Notes: generated by a model from the sequence alone, not told the origin. Numbered from the stretch's first letter, positions 12,431-29,400 are shown. The stretch is 64,000 bases of DNA from the human T2T-CHM13v2.0 reference genome, Homo sapiens (GCF_009914755.1 NC_060941.1), one strand, 5' to 3'. Program-made: numbers and translations.

Positions 12431-14464
12431 ATTCTCTTCCTTCTCCTTCTCCTCTTCCTCCTCCTTCTCCTCTTCCTCGTAGTCCTCCTCCTCCTCCTCC
12501 CCTCCTCCTCTTCCTCCTCCTCTCATTATCCTCCTTCTCATTCTCTCTCTTCTCCTCCTCTTCCTCCTCCTCCTTCTCCTCCTCCTTCTCATTCTCCTCC
12601 TTCTCCTCCTCTTCCTCCTCCTTTCTCATTCTCCTCCTTCTCCTCCTCTTCCTCCTCCTTGTCTTCTTCCTCTTCTTCTTCCTCCTCCTCCCCTCCTTTT
12701 CCTCCTCCTCTTTCTTCTCCTCTTCCTCCTCCTCCGCCCCTCCTCTTCCTCCTTCTCATCCTCCTTCCCTCCTCTTCCTCCTTTTCCTCCTCCTCCCCTC
12801 TTCCTCCTCTTCCTCCTCCCCTCTTCTTCCTCCTTCTCTTCATTCTCCCCTCCTCCTCCTCTTCCTCCTCCTTCTCCCTTCCTCTTCCTCCTTCTCCTCT
12901 TTCTCCCCTCCTCCTCTTCCTCCTTCTCCCCTCCTCCTCTTCCTCATCCTCCTCCCCTCCTCTTCCTCCTTCTCATCCTCCTTCCCTCTTCCTCCTTCTC
13001 CCCCCTCCTTCCCTCCTCTTCCTCCTTCTCCTCCTCCTCCCCCCTTCCTCCTCTTCCTCCTCCCCTCCCCTCCTCTTCCTCCTCCTCTCCCTTCCTCTTC
13101 CCCTTCCTCCTTCCCCTCTTCCTTCTCCCCTCCTCCTCCTCTTCCTCCTCCTTCTCCCTTCTTCTGCCTCTTCCTCCTTCTCCTCTTCCTTCTCCCCTCC
13201 TCCTCCTCTTCCTCCTCCTTCTCCCTTCTTCTGCCTCTTCCTCCTTCTCTTCTTTCTCCCCTCCTCCTCCTCTTCCTTCTCCTCCTCCTCCCCCTCTTCC
13301 TCCTCCTCCTCTTCCTCCTCCTTCTCCTCTTCCTCCTCCTAGTCCTCCTCCTCCTCCCCTCCTCCTCTTCCTCCTCCTCCTTCTCATTATCCTCCTTCTC
13401 ATTCTCTCCCTTCTCCTCCTCTTCCTTCTCCTCCTCTTCTCCTCCTTCTTCTCCTTTTCCTCCTCCTTCTCTTCTTCCTCTTCTTCTTCCTCCTCCTCCC
13501 CTCCTTTTCCTCCTCCTCCTCTTTCTTCTCCTCTTCCTCCTCCTCCGCCCCCTCTTCCTCCTTCTCATCCTCCTTCCCTCCTCTTCCTCCTCTTCCTCCT
13601 CCTCCTCCCCTCCTCCTCCCCTCTTCCTCCCCTCCTCCTCCTCTTCCTCCTCCTTCTCTTTATTCTCCCCTCCTCCTCTTCCTCCTCCTCCTTCTCATTA
13701 TCCTCCTTCTCATTCTCTCCCTTCTCCTCCTCTTCCTTCTCCTCCTCTTCTCCTCCTTCTTCTCCTTTTCCTCCTCCTTCTTCTCCTTTTCCTCCTCCTT
13801 CTCTTCTTCCTCTTCTTCTTCCTCCTCCTCCCCTCCTTTTCCTCCTCCTCCTCTTTCTTCTCCTCTTCCTCCTCCTCCGCCCCCCTTCCTCCTTCTCCTC
13901 ATCCTCCTTCCCTCCTCTTCCTCCTTTTCCTCCTTCTCCTCCCCTCTTCCTCCTCTTCCTCCTCCTCCTCCCCTCCTCCTCTTCCTCCCCTCCTCCTCCT
14001 CTTCCTCCTCCTTCTCCCTTCCTCTTCCTCCTTCTCCTCTTCTTTCTCCCCTCCTCCTCTTCCTCCTTCTCCTCCTCCTCCTCTTCCTCCTTCTCCCCTC
14101 CTCCTCCCCTCCTCCTCTTCCTCATCCTCCTCCCCTCTTCCTCCTTCTCCTCATCCTCCTTCCCTCCTCTTCCTCCTTCTCCCTCCCTCCTTCCCTCCTC
14201 TTCCTCCTTCCCTCTTCCTCCTCTTCCTCTTCCTCCTCCCCTCCCCCTCCTCTTCCTCCTCCTCTCCCTTCCTCTTCCCCTTCCTCCTCCTCCTCTTCCT
14301 CCTCCTCCCTTCTGCCTCTTCCTCCTTCTCCTCTTCTTTCTCCCCTCCTCCTCTTCCTCCTTCTCCTACCCTCCTCCTCCTCTTCCTCTTCCTCCTCCCC
14401 TTCTCTTCCCCTTCCTCCTCCTCTTCCCATCCTCTTCCTCTTCCTCCACCTTTTCCTTTTCCCT
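12351..14464. repeat. ~2.1-kb polypyrimidine/polypurine tract, degenerate (CCT/CTT)n
   Basis: Almost only C and T on the + strand, with rare recurring A/G-containing interruptions. Confidence 0.98.
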
Positions 14465-14487
14465 GCTGGTGGCTGTGGCTTATCTAG

Positions 14488-14786
<299 letters not shown>

Positions 14787-15223
14787 AATCTAGTGTGTGC
14801 TTCTACCTTCGACCCCAAGAAGGGCTAGGACCTGCCTGTCTTAATCCCCTCTGGTGAGTCCATTCTCAGCAGTTACGTTGACAGCTGTGGCTTCACCCTC
14901 AAGGCAGATGCTGTAAAGAAGGCACTGGCCACCACCGTCTTATGTGTGATTTCCTGCAGGGGCAGGAAGATTCCCTTAAGGTTAACACGTGACCTTTTAG
15001 GTGAGCCCCAGACCCCCATGTGTAAGGACCCCCCTACCCAAGACAGACCCCCCACGGAGCAGACCAAGCAAAATGTTCTGTCTTTACATGAGACTGCATT
15101 CCCCCTTTATTCTCACCACAGTGGGCGGCAAAATCTAGAAAACATACATGTGCGTGTTTCCGCTGTGTTTTCAAAACATGTCTGGAGACATCTGCAGAAT
15201 CTGTTGAACTGGACCTCATCAGA

Positions 15224-15563
<340 letters not shown>

Positions 15564-16262
15564 TAAGTTGAGGCCCAAGCCTGGATTGCGTTTTCTCAGT
15601 TGCTGTTTAGCTTGCTTTAGCCTTATTGAATGGGGTGTGCTGGTAGATGGGATTTTGGAGAGGGGATCTGGAGAGGCTGAGGGGTGGTTGGGTAGAGGCA
15701 AGGAGAAATCTAGCAGCTGCCGTAAGGAGAGGAATTATGAGGAAAGAGCTTAATCAGGCTGCCCAATAGGTTCTGCTGTGGAGCCCTCCTATCTGCCCCC
15801 GAAAATGTCAGCAACAATTTATCTCGCTCACAAAGCTTTGGCAGTTGGACCTGCGTTTTGCGCTTGTTTGCTGTCAAGACTTGAGATTGGCCCCAAGCAA
15901 GCCCAGTTGTCTTGAAGTTACACTTAGACCAAATTAAAATTAGAAACTGGGTGAAAATCTAAAACTCTCTGCAGGATGGGCTCTTTGTGTCTGCATTCCT
16001 GCAAATTCCCATCAGCACTGGGTGCCGAGGAACAAGCAAATCCAGAGGCTCTGACCTCAGCCGTGTCCCTCCCCTGCCCCAGCCTCACACACAATATTGT
16101 TTGTTCCTGACAGATCCCAAAACTCAGAAAATCAAATACAGTGGTAGATGATAAGGCAGACAGATCAAGGGGGGAAAGCTGCCTGATTACTAACAAAACA
16201 GTGTTGGACAAGGGCAGAAAATCACAATCAGATCATGTAAAATGATGATTTTAATAGAAGGT

Positions 16263-16644
<382 letters not shown>

Positions 16645-16936
16645 TCAGGCTCTGCTACTCTCCGAGGTCCTCACTCTGGAGCCCATTGTTTTGGTTCCAG
16701 CTGTGGCTGTGCTATCCAGGTCCCACAGAAACCAACATGGCAGTGTCAGAAGATCCCGTGGGATCACCTGGATCCAAACCATCTTGACTTTGTTTTAACC
16801 TAAGGTGCACATGGTAGGCTATCATAGGACTGGTGGTACAGTGCTACCCCACATGGCATCTCCCCCCAGTCTGGGCACAGTCTATCATTAGTCCCCAAAC
16901 CCCATTCTATTCCTCTCCTCCAGGGGTCTACTTTGA

Positions 16937-17266
<330 letters not shown>

Positions 17267-17797
17267 CTCCCAATCTGCTTTCTAAAGCTTTTCCCCATCT
17301 GTATGTATGCATGAGTGTTACATACTCGTATGTATGGATTTCAAACATTACGGAATGTCACCATGGGGACAGCATATTCTGCTTCTTACTTTCCCCTTTA
17401 GTATTGTTTTTTGAGATGAATCCACATTAGTATTTGTAGATTTGGCTTGTTCCTTTTGACTGCTGCATACTATTTGGTTGTGTGATATACCTCATTTTAT
17501 TTTTCTAATCTCCTCTAAAGGACCAATTAGGTCTCATAGTTCCTCGCTGTTACAAACGGTGCTGCAGCAAACAGCCCGTGCACTTCTTGTGTTCCCATGT
17601 GAGAACCTCTCTGGGGCTCTCACACAGCGTTGGAATTGTCGGGCCATAGGGAATTCCACATTCCGCCTCCCTAAATAACTCATCGCCAAACTGCCCTCTC
17701 GAGAGGCTGTTCTGCTGGTCCCTTCATTTGAAGGATGGTAAACCCCAAGCCCAGAGCAGGAAAAGTGAGCACTAGTTTTAGAAACCAAGAGTCTTGA

Positions 17798-18563
<766 letters not shown>

Positions 18564-18919
18564 GAAATTTCATCTCTCTCCTCCAGTTTAAGTGCAGTGG
18601 TGCCCACCACAACCCTCCCAGAAGGCAGGGGAGAAGAGTGGGTTGTGTGAGCTGTCGGCATGGAAAGGCATCCTGTGCAACAACAGAAATAAGTGTTGGT
18701 GCCCCCCAACCTCCACCCCACTATCACACATTCATATGATGAAAACTCCTACTACAGCCCACCCTGCAGAGACGGAATCTGTGCCATTGACCCAGACCTG
18801 AAAGTGTACCGTTGCTGACTCCTAAGAGAGGACCCCACACTGCTGGGAGCACAGGCAGCTGCTGAATAAAAGCTAAGACAGTTGTTGTGGGGAGCAAGCC
18901 TCTAAGAAAAGGTCATTTT

Positions 18920-19228
<309 letters not shown>

Positions 19229-19434
19229 TCATTCTGTTCTTCCCTCCTTCTCCCCGATTCCGGACTTTGTGAAAACCTTCAGATCTCTGATGGCTTAAAG
19301 CTTGTAGGGGAGAAACCCCTTCACTTATTAGGAGGCCATTCCAGTTCTTTAACTCTACCAGCTGGGAAGCTCTTCCTGTTGCCTCTACTTCTCTCCTGCT
19401 GTACAGCAGCAGCACGCTAAGAAAAATAACAACC

Positions 19435-19796
<362 letters not shown>

Positions 19797-21514
19797 CTAT
19801 TATGTGCCTGGAAGTGTTTTAAGTGCTTTTCACGTGTTTCCTCTTTGAATCCTTATAGCAACATTAGAAGGGAGGGATTCTTAGAACCATTCCCATTTTA
19901 CAGATAAGGAAACAGGCTTAGAAAGGCCTCACAGCTAATAAGTGGAAGAGCAAGTATTTAGGTCACACAGCTAATAAGTGGTAGAGCAGGTATTCAAACC
20001 CAGTCCCTCTAATGTCCACACTCCTGCCTTCGCCACAAGAGAAGAAGAAGACAGGAAAAAATAAGACAAAAACCAGACACAGAAAACCAAGAGGCTGAGG
20101 TTCTGCCACTAAGTGCTGGTGCAACCTCACGCAATTCACCAAAGCAAGCCCCTCCTTGTCTATACAGTGAGCCTGCTAGACTCACCGGTGTCCCTGAGCC
20201 TTTGGGGCTTGGCTGCGATCCTATGGTTTTCCTAATCCCTGTGCGAGGTGCCCTGACAAGTAGAGGGGGTGAGGGAGGAGCTGAGTTGGCAGGATTCTCC
20301 AGGGCCCAGAGGCAGCTGCCTTTGCCTGGGCAGGGCCTCCCGAGGCTATCAATGCCTCCCTCCTCTGTGGCTGCCAACCTAGTATCCCAGGCAGATCTCC
20401 CGGGGCTGCTGGGGCTATCTATTCATATTGCAATTTGAATGCTTCTGGTCAGAATGACTAAAAGGCTGAATTTTACAAGGGTTTTGAAAGTGAATTGACT
20501 CCACTTATTAAAGATATACTAGATTACACGCCGAGTGAAAGGACACTCTGGGGACTCCAGGCATCGCAGCCTTTCACAAAGACGGAAACATCCCTTTTCG
20601 AGCCATTCCTGGTAAACCACAGTGGGAGACGTTGCACCAAGCAGATGCCGATTAAATTACCGGCTGAAGGACACAGTCCATCAGAGAAACATCTTGGCCC
20701 AGAAGGGCCACTGGTGAATGAAGACGCAGTTCCAGAAATCCCTTCTGGTTGTTTTATGTAAATCAGTTTCTAAAGGCAGGAAGGCAAAGGCAAAAAGGTA
20801 AGTATTCCTGGGAAGCCCTGACCTTCAGTCATGCAGCTTATAAGGGGGAGAGAGGGAGAGAGGTGTGACGGGTAGGGAAAGTGATGGACAGGGAGGGGCA
20901 CACAACTGCTCTTTGTTTTCAGGTTCAGAGCACCTGGGGAGGGAGTCTCAGCTGGTGGGGGCTTCCTCTGTGCAGATGAGGAAGCAGAATAGCTGGAAGG
21001 ACTTCCTGGACTTGGAACCTGGCGGCGGAGGAAGGCCCTCCCGAATCCACGGGATCCAACCCCGGCACCTCACTGTACTGATGGGGAAGCTCAGCACTGG
21101 GTAATGGGGGTGGGGGGCAGTCAAAAACAGGGCATTTGGTGGCACAACTGGGACTGAAAGACAGTCCAGGCTCTTAACTCAAGGCTCTCTCCTCCCACTC
21201 TCCCATGGAGATGTAGGCGGCTGTCCCTGGCTTGTGTCGGTAAGTCTTTCCTCTCTCTCTGTGTCGCCCTGAGAAGCATTCCCTTCCACGCATCGCTGTC
21301 AAGAGAAGCAGCAGCATGTAGCAGGTACACAGATCGCAGTTGCTTGCAGATGTCATAGAAGGTCCAGGCAATGTGTATGCAACACCGGTTGCTTCCCTTT
21401 CTAAGTAACAGACACAGATTCAGTCTCTCTGAAGCAGAAAGGGAGTTTATTGGCAGGCTATCGGGATCTCAGAGAATCAGAGGAGCCTGCAGGGATAGGC
21501 TTGAAAAGCAGATG

Positions 21515-21897
<383 letters not shown>

Positions 21898-22978
21898 TTA
21901 GCAGAAGGACTTTAGTCTGATGGCCACTCTCTTCGCTGTACACACCAGCCCCTGAATGAGTGGGTTATAAAGAAACATCAGTTTTGAATCACTCATTCCA
22001 GCCAAGCATGATTAGCCAAGCCTGGGACATGCATGCCCCAGCTTCCAGGTGTGGGAGACAAAGATTGAAGGGTCCTATCTTGGGAGGCAGGACCCTGTAT
22101 CCACATAACCATATTCCAAGGGCATAGAGAGTGCAATAGACTTCTGAGGGTTGGACAATTCTCATGAGGGATTGCATCATGAATTCCAAATGACTTCAAC
22201 AGCAGGGGCTGTGTCATCACACCTACCCAGCAATCCCCCCAGAGCTCACCCCGAGACCCCAGCCAAAGTTAAGGGTTCCAGAAACCTTCAGAAGGGTGCA
22301 GCTGCCTTTGTTTAGGGGTGTGTGAGCGAGGGACTTTTCGGCCACCTGTGATGGGCACTCCTCCCGGCATGAGGACGTGAGAGCATCCTCTGCAGGAAAC
22401 TGCACAGAAGGGGCTGGGGGGTCTCCCAGATTGATCCCTCCCCGCCTCCCAGGGAGGAAGAGGCTGCTGGTCCTCCCGTAGTGCTTTCCTGTTGGGGCTG
22501 CTGCAGGCTGTGTGCTTTCCAATGTTTCGACATTGCAATATTTCATACTTGGGAAGTAAGAACAACCATGATTTTCAGAGTTCTATTTCTTGACATTCTA
22601 TTTCAAGCTGTAGAAAGTAATAATTAACAAAAGCCTTCTGAGCCTAAGATGCAGTGAGGCTCCACTTGGGGAAGTGGATTTCTGCTCCCCTCCGTACACA
22701 GAGGGGAAGAGTTATTGGACATTCCTGGGGTGGGGGGATGAGGTTTTCTGTTTTGGTTTGTTTGGGGTTTTTTTCATGCATCAAAAGAGAGCACCAGACT
22801 GGGAATCAGAGGACCGTAGGCCTAGTCCCAGTTTTGCTTCTGATTTCCTGTGAGACCTGTTTCCACTCTGGGTTTTTGCTCTCATTCACAGAAAAAGGGG
22901 TAGTAAAGCCTCTGCCTGCCTCGGAGATTGGAAAGTGTATTGTGACAAGGACACTGCTAGGTACATGAACTGTTCTAG

Positions 22979-23324
<346 letters not shown>

Positions 23325-24800
23325 TGAAGAAAGGGTCCACAGCATTGTCCAGGTTTATAAAGGGGTCTTGACCCTTCAAAATAGCAAGAACTCCAGTTTT
23401 AGTCAATTCCTTTGTTCCGATGGGAAACAGGCCCCCTAAGTCAGTGTGAGGAGCCTGGGGCTTTCATGCCTAAAGCTGTGAACAATTATCTGAGTTAATT
23501 AAAAGCTTTGGCGGCCAAGCCAGCAGCCCCCGCCCTCATGCCCAGGCGGCCTCTGTCACACATGCTGCAGGTCACAAGTGATGCATGCCAGTCCGAGGCC
23601 CCAGCCCGGAATGGGGAGCCCACTACGTGCCCCTCCAGAGGCTACACCACGATCAACATGGAGAGAAAGAGCCCAGGCCCCCAGGCCCTGCCCAGATTGT
23701 CCTCGCAAAGACCCAGCCACCCTGTTGGCCCCGCGTCTGTTTCAAATCCCATGCCTGGGATTTCTTTTTGACATTAAAGTAAATGTTGGCCAGAGAGCCA
23801 CCTACAAGGGTGACGAAGGCTGCCGGCTTCTCATTGGAGGGCTGGGAGGAGACTCTGCAGGTCTCTGAGGACTGCCAAGACTCCTTCATCACACTGAGCA
23901 GATATAAAATCCATTACCAAGGGCTAATAAATGCGGGGAGGCCGGCAGAGGACATGCCCGCCTTGCTGGGAGGGCACACACTCAGGCCAAGAACAGCAGG
24001 CTCTCCAGGCACAGCCACTCGCCCTCCGATATTTGCCCCTCCTGCACGCACCTCTCTCGGAGTCCCATTGTTCTCGATTCAATCATTTGGGCACCAATTC
24101 TGTTTCTCTTTGACTATAAAAGCCCATGCCTGCAGACCTCTCTACACATTTATTGTGCGGCTGGAATTTATGACGGATTGGATTTCAGAGGAGGGATTGA
24201 TTAAATACAGATGGAGCACTTGACAAGGGCCTGGGGGTCCCGGTAGACTCCCCCATTTAGAAACAGAATAAAGATTAGAAAGCGTGAGCAAGGGCAATCC
24301 GAGGTAAGTCTTGCTTTCAAAGGGAGGGAGGGAGGACAGGATGGGGGAAGCTGTCTATTCCCACTCAACAGCATCTTCTTGAAGCTGGATGAAATTCTTT
24401 GCCCGGTGGAGTAATGAGCTGTTGAGGCCACTCCTCAGTGCCTCCAATGCATTCAGCCTCCTGGGGTACAGGGTGCTCTCCTGCTCACCTGCGTAGGGCT
24501 GAGATGGCAGTGTGGACCTCTCGGCTCTGGTAAATACCGCCAGCACCTTTGCTGTCTAATCGCACTGTGTTCACACCTATGTCCCCCACTTTCAAGACTT
24601 CACGCTTTGGAAAAGCGTCAACTATCTTTCAAGGCCTAATTCAAAGCCACCTCCTCCATGAAGACCATCAAAACCACAACCCTCACTCAGTAACAGTGAA
24701 TCGCCCCTTGCAATGTACAACCACAGTACGCTAGCTTCCCTCTCCTCCTGCTTTGTTTTTATTCTGCTTTGAAAAGGTCTGTGTCTAAACTCTCTTTGTG

Positions 24801-25125
24801 TTTCTTTTTTCTTTTTTTCTTTTTCTTTTTTTTTTTTTTTTTTTGAGACAGAGTCTCACTCTGTCACACAGGCTGGAGTGCAGTGGCATGATCTAGACTC
24901 ACTGCAAGCTCCGCCTCCCAGATTCAAGTGATTCTCCTGCCTCAGTCTCCTGAGTAGCTGGGACTACAGGCGTGCACCACCATGCCAGGCTAATTTTTGT
25001 ATTTTTAGTAGAGACGGGGTTTCACCATGTTGGCCAGGCTGGTCTCGAACTCCTGACCTCAAGTAATCCATCCGCCTCGGCCTCCCAAAGTGCGGAGATG
25101 ACAGGCATGAGCCACCACGCCCGGC
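24801..25125 (-). mobile_element. AluS
   Basis: Poly(T) plus antisense dimer. Confidence 0.92.
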
Positions 25126-25219
25126 CTCTCTTTGCATTTCTGTAGTATGTAGTGAACCTTACATGAATGGTAATGCAAATTGAAAACTGTCTATGACCAG
25201 GCGCGCTGCTTTTTATATG

Positions 25220-25650
25220 TGCAGTGGCAGTTTGTGCCTGTCCAGTGTCAACTCCCTCCGCTTCAGGTAACAGGGCCCCCATCTTCCTCGGAGGAGCTGC
25301 CTGCCCCACGTTCAGTCCCTGTAGCTGAGATGATGCTGATCCATCCCCTTTTCCGGGGGTGGACATATGACTCCCATTTGACCAATCAGAGCATAGGGAT
25401 TCGACGGGAGATGGGCTTGTTACTCAAGGTGGGCCAATCAGAGGCAGAGACCAGTAACCCAGGGGCATTGGCTTGCTCTCTTGGGGATCACGGGCTCTTC
25501 TTTTCTGCTGTGATTGCTAAATAGAGAGAACATCAGGCTGAGGCTGCTGGGCCCATTTTGCCACCATGTGGGGAGAGGCTGCCTGAGAATGCTGCCTTTG
25601 GGAGGCAGGTGAGGAAACTAGACAGGAGCGCGGGGGATGCTGGCTTTGTG
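25220..25650. mobile_element. Ancient LTR fragment (ERVL/MaLR class)
   Basis: Paired ccaatcagag motifs and gctgaggctgctgggcccattttgccaccatgtggggagaggctgcctgagaat resemble old LTR16/MLT1-type LTRs; family uncertain. Confidence 0.5.
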
Positions 25651-26265
25651 GAGGCTGGCCTGGGTGCAGCAGAAAGTCACCTGGGGAACAGCACTGCATG
25701 GGCACAGCCGGCCCACAGACAGCCCAGGCTAGGGCTGGTACTGGCACATCCACTTCACAGTCAGCTGGCACAGGCGGGCAAGGCCACAGGTGAGACCACA
25801 GCACAGCATGCGGCCGCTGCCTGACTTGTGCCTTCAGAGCAGAGCCCCAGCTCCTGGCAGAAGACTCTGAGACGGGGGCCTGGCCAGCGGCAGGCTGGAT
25901 GCCAGGGTCCAGGGAGCAGCACTGCAGTATGCTGGGAAGAATATCAAATCCGTAACGAGACCCGGTGACAACCACTTTCCAGATGGGAAAATCTGCACTT
26001 TGCTTGGTTTCTGTTTCATCTGTAAAATGGGATGATACTCTGTATTTCAATGCTAGTGTGAGATTCAGATGAGGTGATATAAATAAAGCACCTAGGACAT
26101 AGCACCCAAGCAGTGTGGTGATCGCTACTCTGTGGGCGGGGTTTCCAGCCCCAGCAGGAGTGTAGGGGCTCAGGAAAGCAGACCCTGATGGAGTGGCTAG
26201 AAACTGAGGCTGCAGCTCAGCTCTGACCTGGTCACTGTGCTGGGCCATGTTAGAAAGTGAAGCAA

Positions 26266-26406
26266 GGGCATAGTAGGCGCCTGTAATCCCAGCTACGTGG
26301 GAGGCAGAGGCAGGAGAATCACTTGAAACCAGGAGGCGGAGGTTGCAGTGAGCTGAGATTGTGCCATTGCACTCCAGCCTGGAGGACAGAGCGAGACTGT
26401 CTCAAA

Positions 26407-26443
<37 letters not shown>

Positions 26444-26453
26444 GAAAAGAAAA
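26266..26453 (+). mobile_element. 5'-truncated Alu (right arm)
   Basis: Right monomer with A/(GAAAA)n tail; TSD agaaa(g/a)tgaagcaag. Confidence 0.88.
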
Positions 26454-29400
26454 AGAAAATGAAGCAAGACATCTCAGTCCTCTTTATATGCCCAGAACTA
26501 AGCACCACTGTGCCTGGCGAAGAGCGGGACCATAGAAAATATTTGCTGATTTTTTAAAAAATGGAGACTGCCCTTATGTTTGACATCTGCTAAGATTTCC
26601 TAAGCCATCTAAAAATCATCTACTTGGGAGAAAGATCAAACTGTGTGGCAGAATGGAAAGGCTACTAGACTTGAAGTCAGAGGACCCAGGTTGAGTTCTG
26701 GCCCTGTCCCCATGTCTGCATGACACGGAGCAAGCCCCTTAATTTCTACAAACCTCAGTTTCTTCGTCTGTAAAATGGGGCTAATACTTCAACTACCCCA
26801 TAAGGACGCGGTCCAGTTTAGAAACTTCTGGTGGCACCGGAAGCCCTAGAGCAAGGGCGTCCACTGAGGCAGCCCAGGCGGACCAGCTGGAGGGGGAAGC
26901 CAGATGTGTATGTGACTCAGAGCAGCCAAAGGCCAGGCCAGGAAAAGTGTTGCCGAGTGTCTAGTGTGACAGGTGAGGCAAGGAAAGACACAGGATTGTG
27001 AGCAGGAGAGAGAGTGCAATGGGTGGAAGGAGGCCAGGGACACACTTCGGAACCAAGCCTGCGCGACAAGCTGAAAGGTTCCCTCTTACGAGGTTCTCAG
27101 TGGGGAGTCTAATAGGTAACATTTATTGAGCACTTACTGTCTGCTCAGCGTTATTCTAAGTGGTTTCATGGGCATTTCCCTTAATCCTCACAAAAACCTT
27201 GGGTGGGTGCTATTTTTTCATCCCCATTTCACCTATTAGGAAACCAAGGCATGAAAATCACACAGGAATTTAACTTGTGGCTCGAATTCTTAATGAGCTG
27301 AACTACTGTTGGTATACAAAACAGGAGTGGTTATAGTGATGTAAGGAAAGAATATATGTAAATGCATTTTATAAATTGTAAAGTGCCAGCTAATACGTGA
27401 GCTGTTGTTCAAAGCATTCAGGGAACTTTTTTGACCTCTAGTAACTCTCCAGAAGCAGTGCGTTGGCTAATTATGGTTAAGAAAAGCCAAATCTCTTATT
27501 GAGCCTGGCCCTGGAGATGCCACTCTCCCCCGGGAGGTCTTTAGGGCCACACAGGACGGTGGCTGCACAAGTTTGGTGGCCAGTTTGATCTCCACGGCTC
27601 CCTGGACTCCCTGCTTCCTGTATGCACTCGAGAAATCAGTGTCCGCTGAGGGCTTCCTCGGTCAAATTCAGCTCAGGCTTAGGGACCACTGGGGCTGCAG
27701 GGCAGATGGCAGAGCCGACATGTCTGGGATCTGAATGCTCCTGCCCCTCGTGATCGCGGCATTTCAGAGCCGGATGTCTCCCTAGAATTCTCCCCAGTCC
27801 ACAAGACTTGCCAGGCATGGATAGAGCTATCTCGGAGCACTGAGGGCCTCCCTGTGGCAGGTGGCAGGAATGTGCTGTGGGCTTCCGGGACACAGGCACG
27901 GTGACCTTCTGCAGGGCTCTGCAGGCCAGGAGTGAAAGGCCTTAGGCTGACCTCACCAAGACCCACAGTGAAGACAGAGGAACGATGTGTGGGTGGGAGA
28001 TTCTGGGGAGCCAAGCCGACCAGAAGGGAAACGCATGACTAAGTTCAGCGGGGCAGGCAGAGAGGAAGTGTGGGGGTGGAGGAGGCCGCAGAGCAACACA
28101 AGAGGAGAGATCCCCAGTCGGGAGGGTAAAAGGGGACGGGGTGGAGGGCTGCAGTGAAAGCAAAGGGACAGCAGTGACCAGAAGGGGTTTTAGAGGACAT
28201 GGAGGTGGACGGGGTCTCAGCTGAGATAGTATTTAAGGGTGCTCTTTGGGGTAAAAGTGCCCCAGAAACGACTGGGTAAGACCTTTGAAGGTTCTCCAGA
28301 AAGGATTTTGAGGTGTTGGAATGAGTGGAGGGAGAGATAAAACTATGAGACCCAGAGTGTCATGGGGAATGACACCACCAGGGAGAGAGAGGACAGCACA
28401 TGCGAGTGGCTTGGACTCCTCAAGGGGAGTAGCCAGCTGTGACAAGGTGGGGGGCTGGAAGGCAGCCTTAGTGGTGGGAACGGATGGACCTAACTCCAGG
28501 CCACAGGCAGAAGTCCAGTTGGATGGATGGAAAGCGAGCCAGGGAAAATAGTAAAAGCCTGCAGGTCTGGTTCAAGGAAAGGATTTCCAGGTATATGAGG
28601 TCAAGAACAGCCAAGGGGACTCTAGGGAAAGCAGCAAATAAAGGATAAAGGGGTCATCTGGGAAGGCAGGTGCAGGCTTGGGGAGAAGACTGGGGAAGGT
28701 GGAGCAAGGTCCTGGGCAGGCTGGCAAGAGGGGAACCCAGCACTGGAGCTGAACCGGGAGGGGAGCCCTGACTCCGGAAGCCAGCTGTGCACTCCAGGTC
28801 GGGGAATGATCCTGCTGGGTCTGTTGCCTGAGTTCACTTGGGCCTGACAACCAGCCCAGGGTCCCTATCTGGGATTTCCTGGGGCCCTTACTGAGGACTG
28901 ATAGGAAGTACACAGGACGTCAGGTGGAAGCCCCTCCAATCCAGGCCCACGTTATTGGACTCAGTCAACATGCCAGTGTGGAAACAGATCTGAGATCTCG
29001 GCTCCTGAACTAATGGAGCTCAGTGGGGCAAGGCCACTGCCCTTCTGCTGCTCTTCAAGAGCCCAGAGAACCAGGAGCCCTTTCACAGGCTGGCCCCTCC
29101 CAAAGGTCACTTCTGTGGTGATCATAAGCCCATGATGATGTGGACACCCCTGAATTTACAGGCTCTGCAGGGAATTCTCACTACTGTCTCACGTTGCTAA
29201 AATAAAGAGAGCTCCTCTCAGAAACACAGAAGCGTGATGGAAACCTACACTGTCACAGAGAGCACAGGGGACTTTCTGACTTGGACCCTTCCTCTTGCTG
29301 TTGGCCCTGGGGCTTCCCTCAGGCCCTTCCTTCTGCCTTTCAGACCCACTGGCCACAGTGCAGTTCATGCCTCCACCTCCCCCACTCCCCCAACACACAC

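Noticed and set aside
19925-20000. 36-bp duplication inside a MIR; similar micro-duplications at ~33640, ~34510 and ~36740
   Set aside because: Ordinary small slippage duplications within old repeats.
25517-26248. 243-aa minus-strand ORF
   Set aside because: Runs through MIR- and LTR-like remnants with no recognisable protein features.
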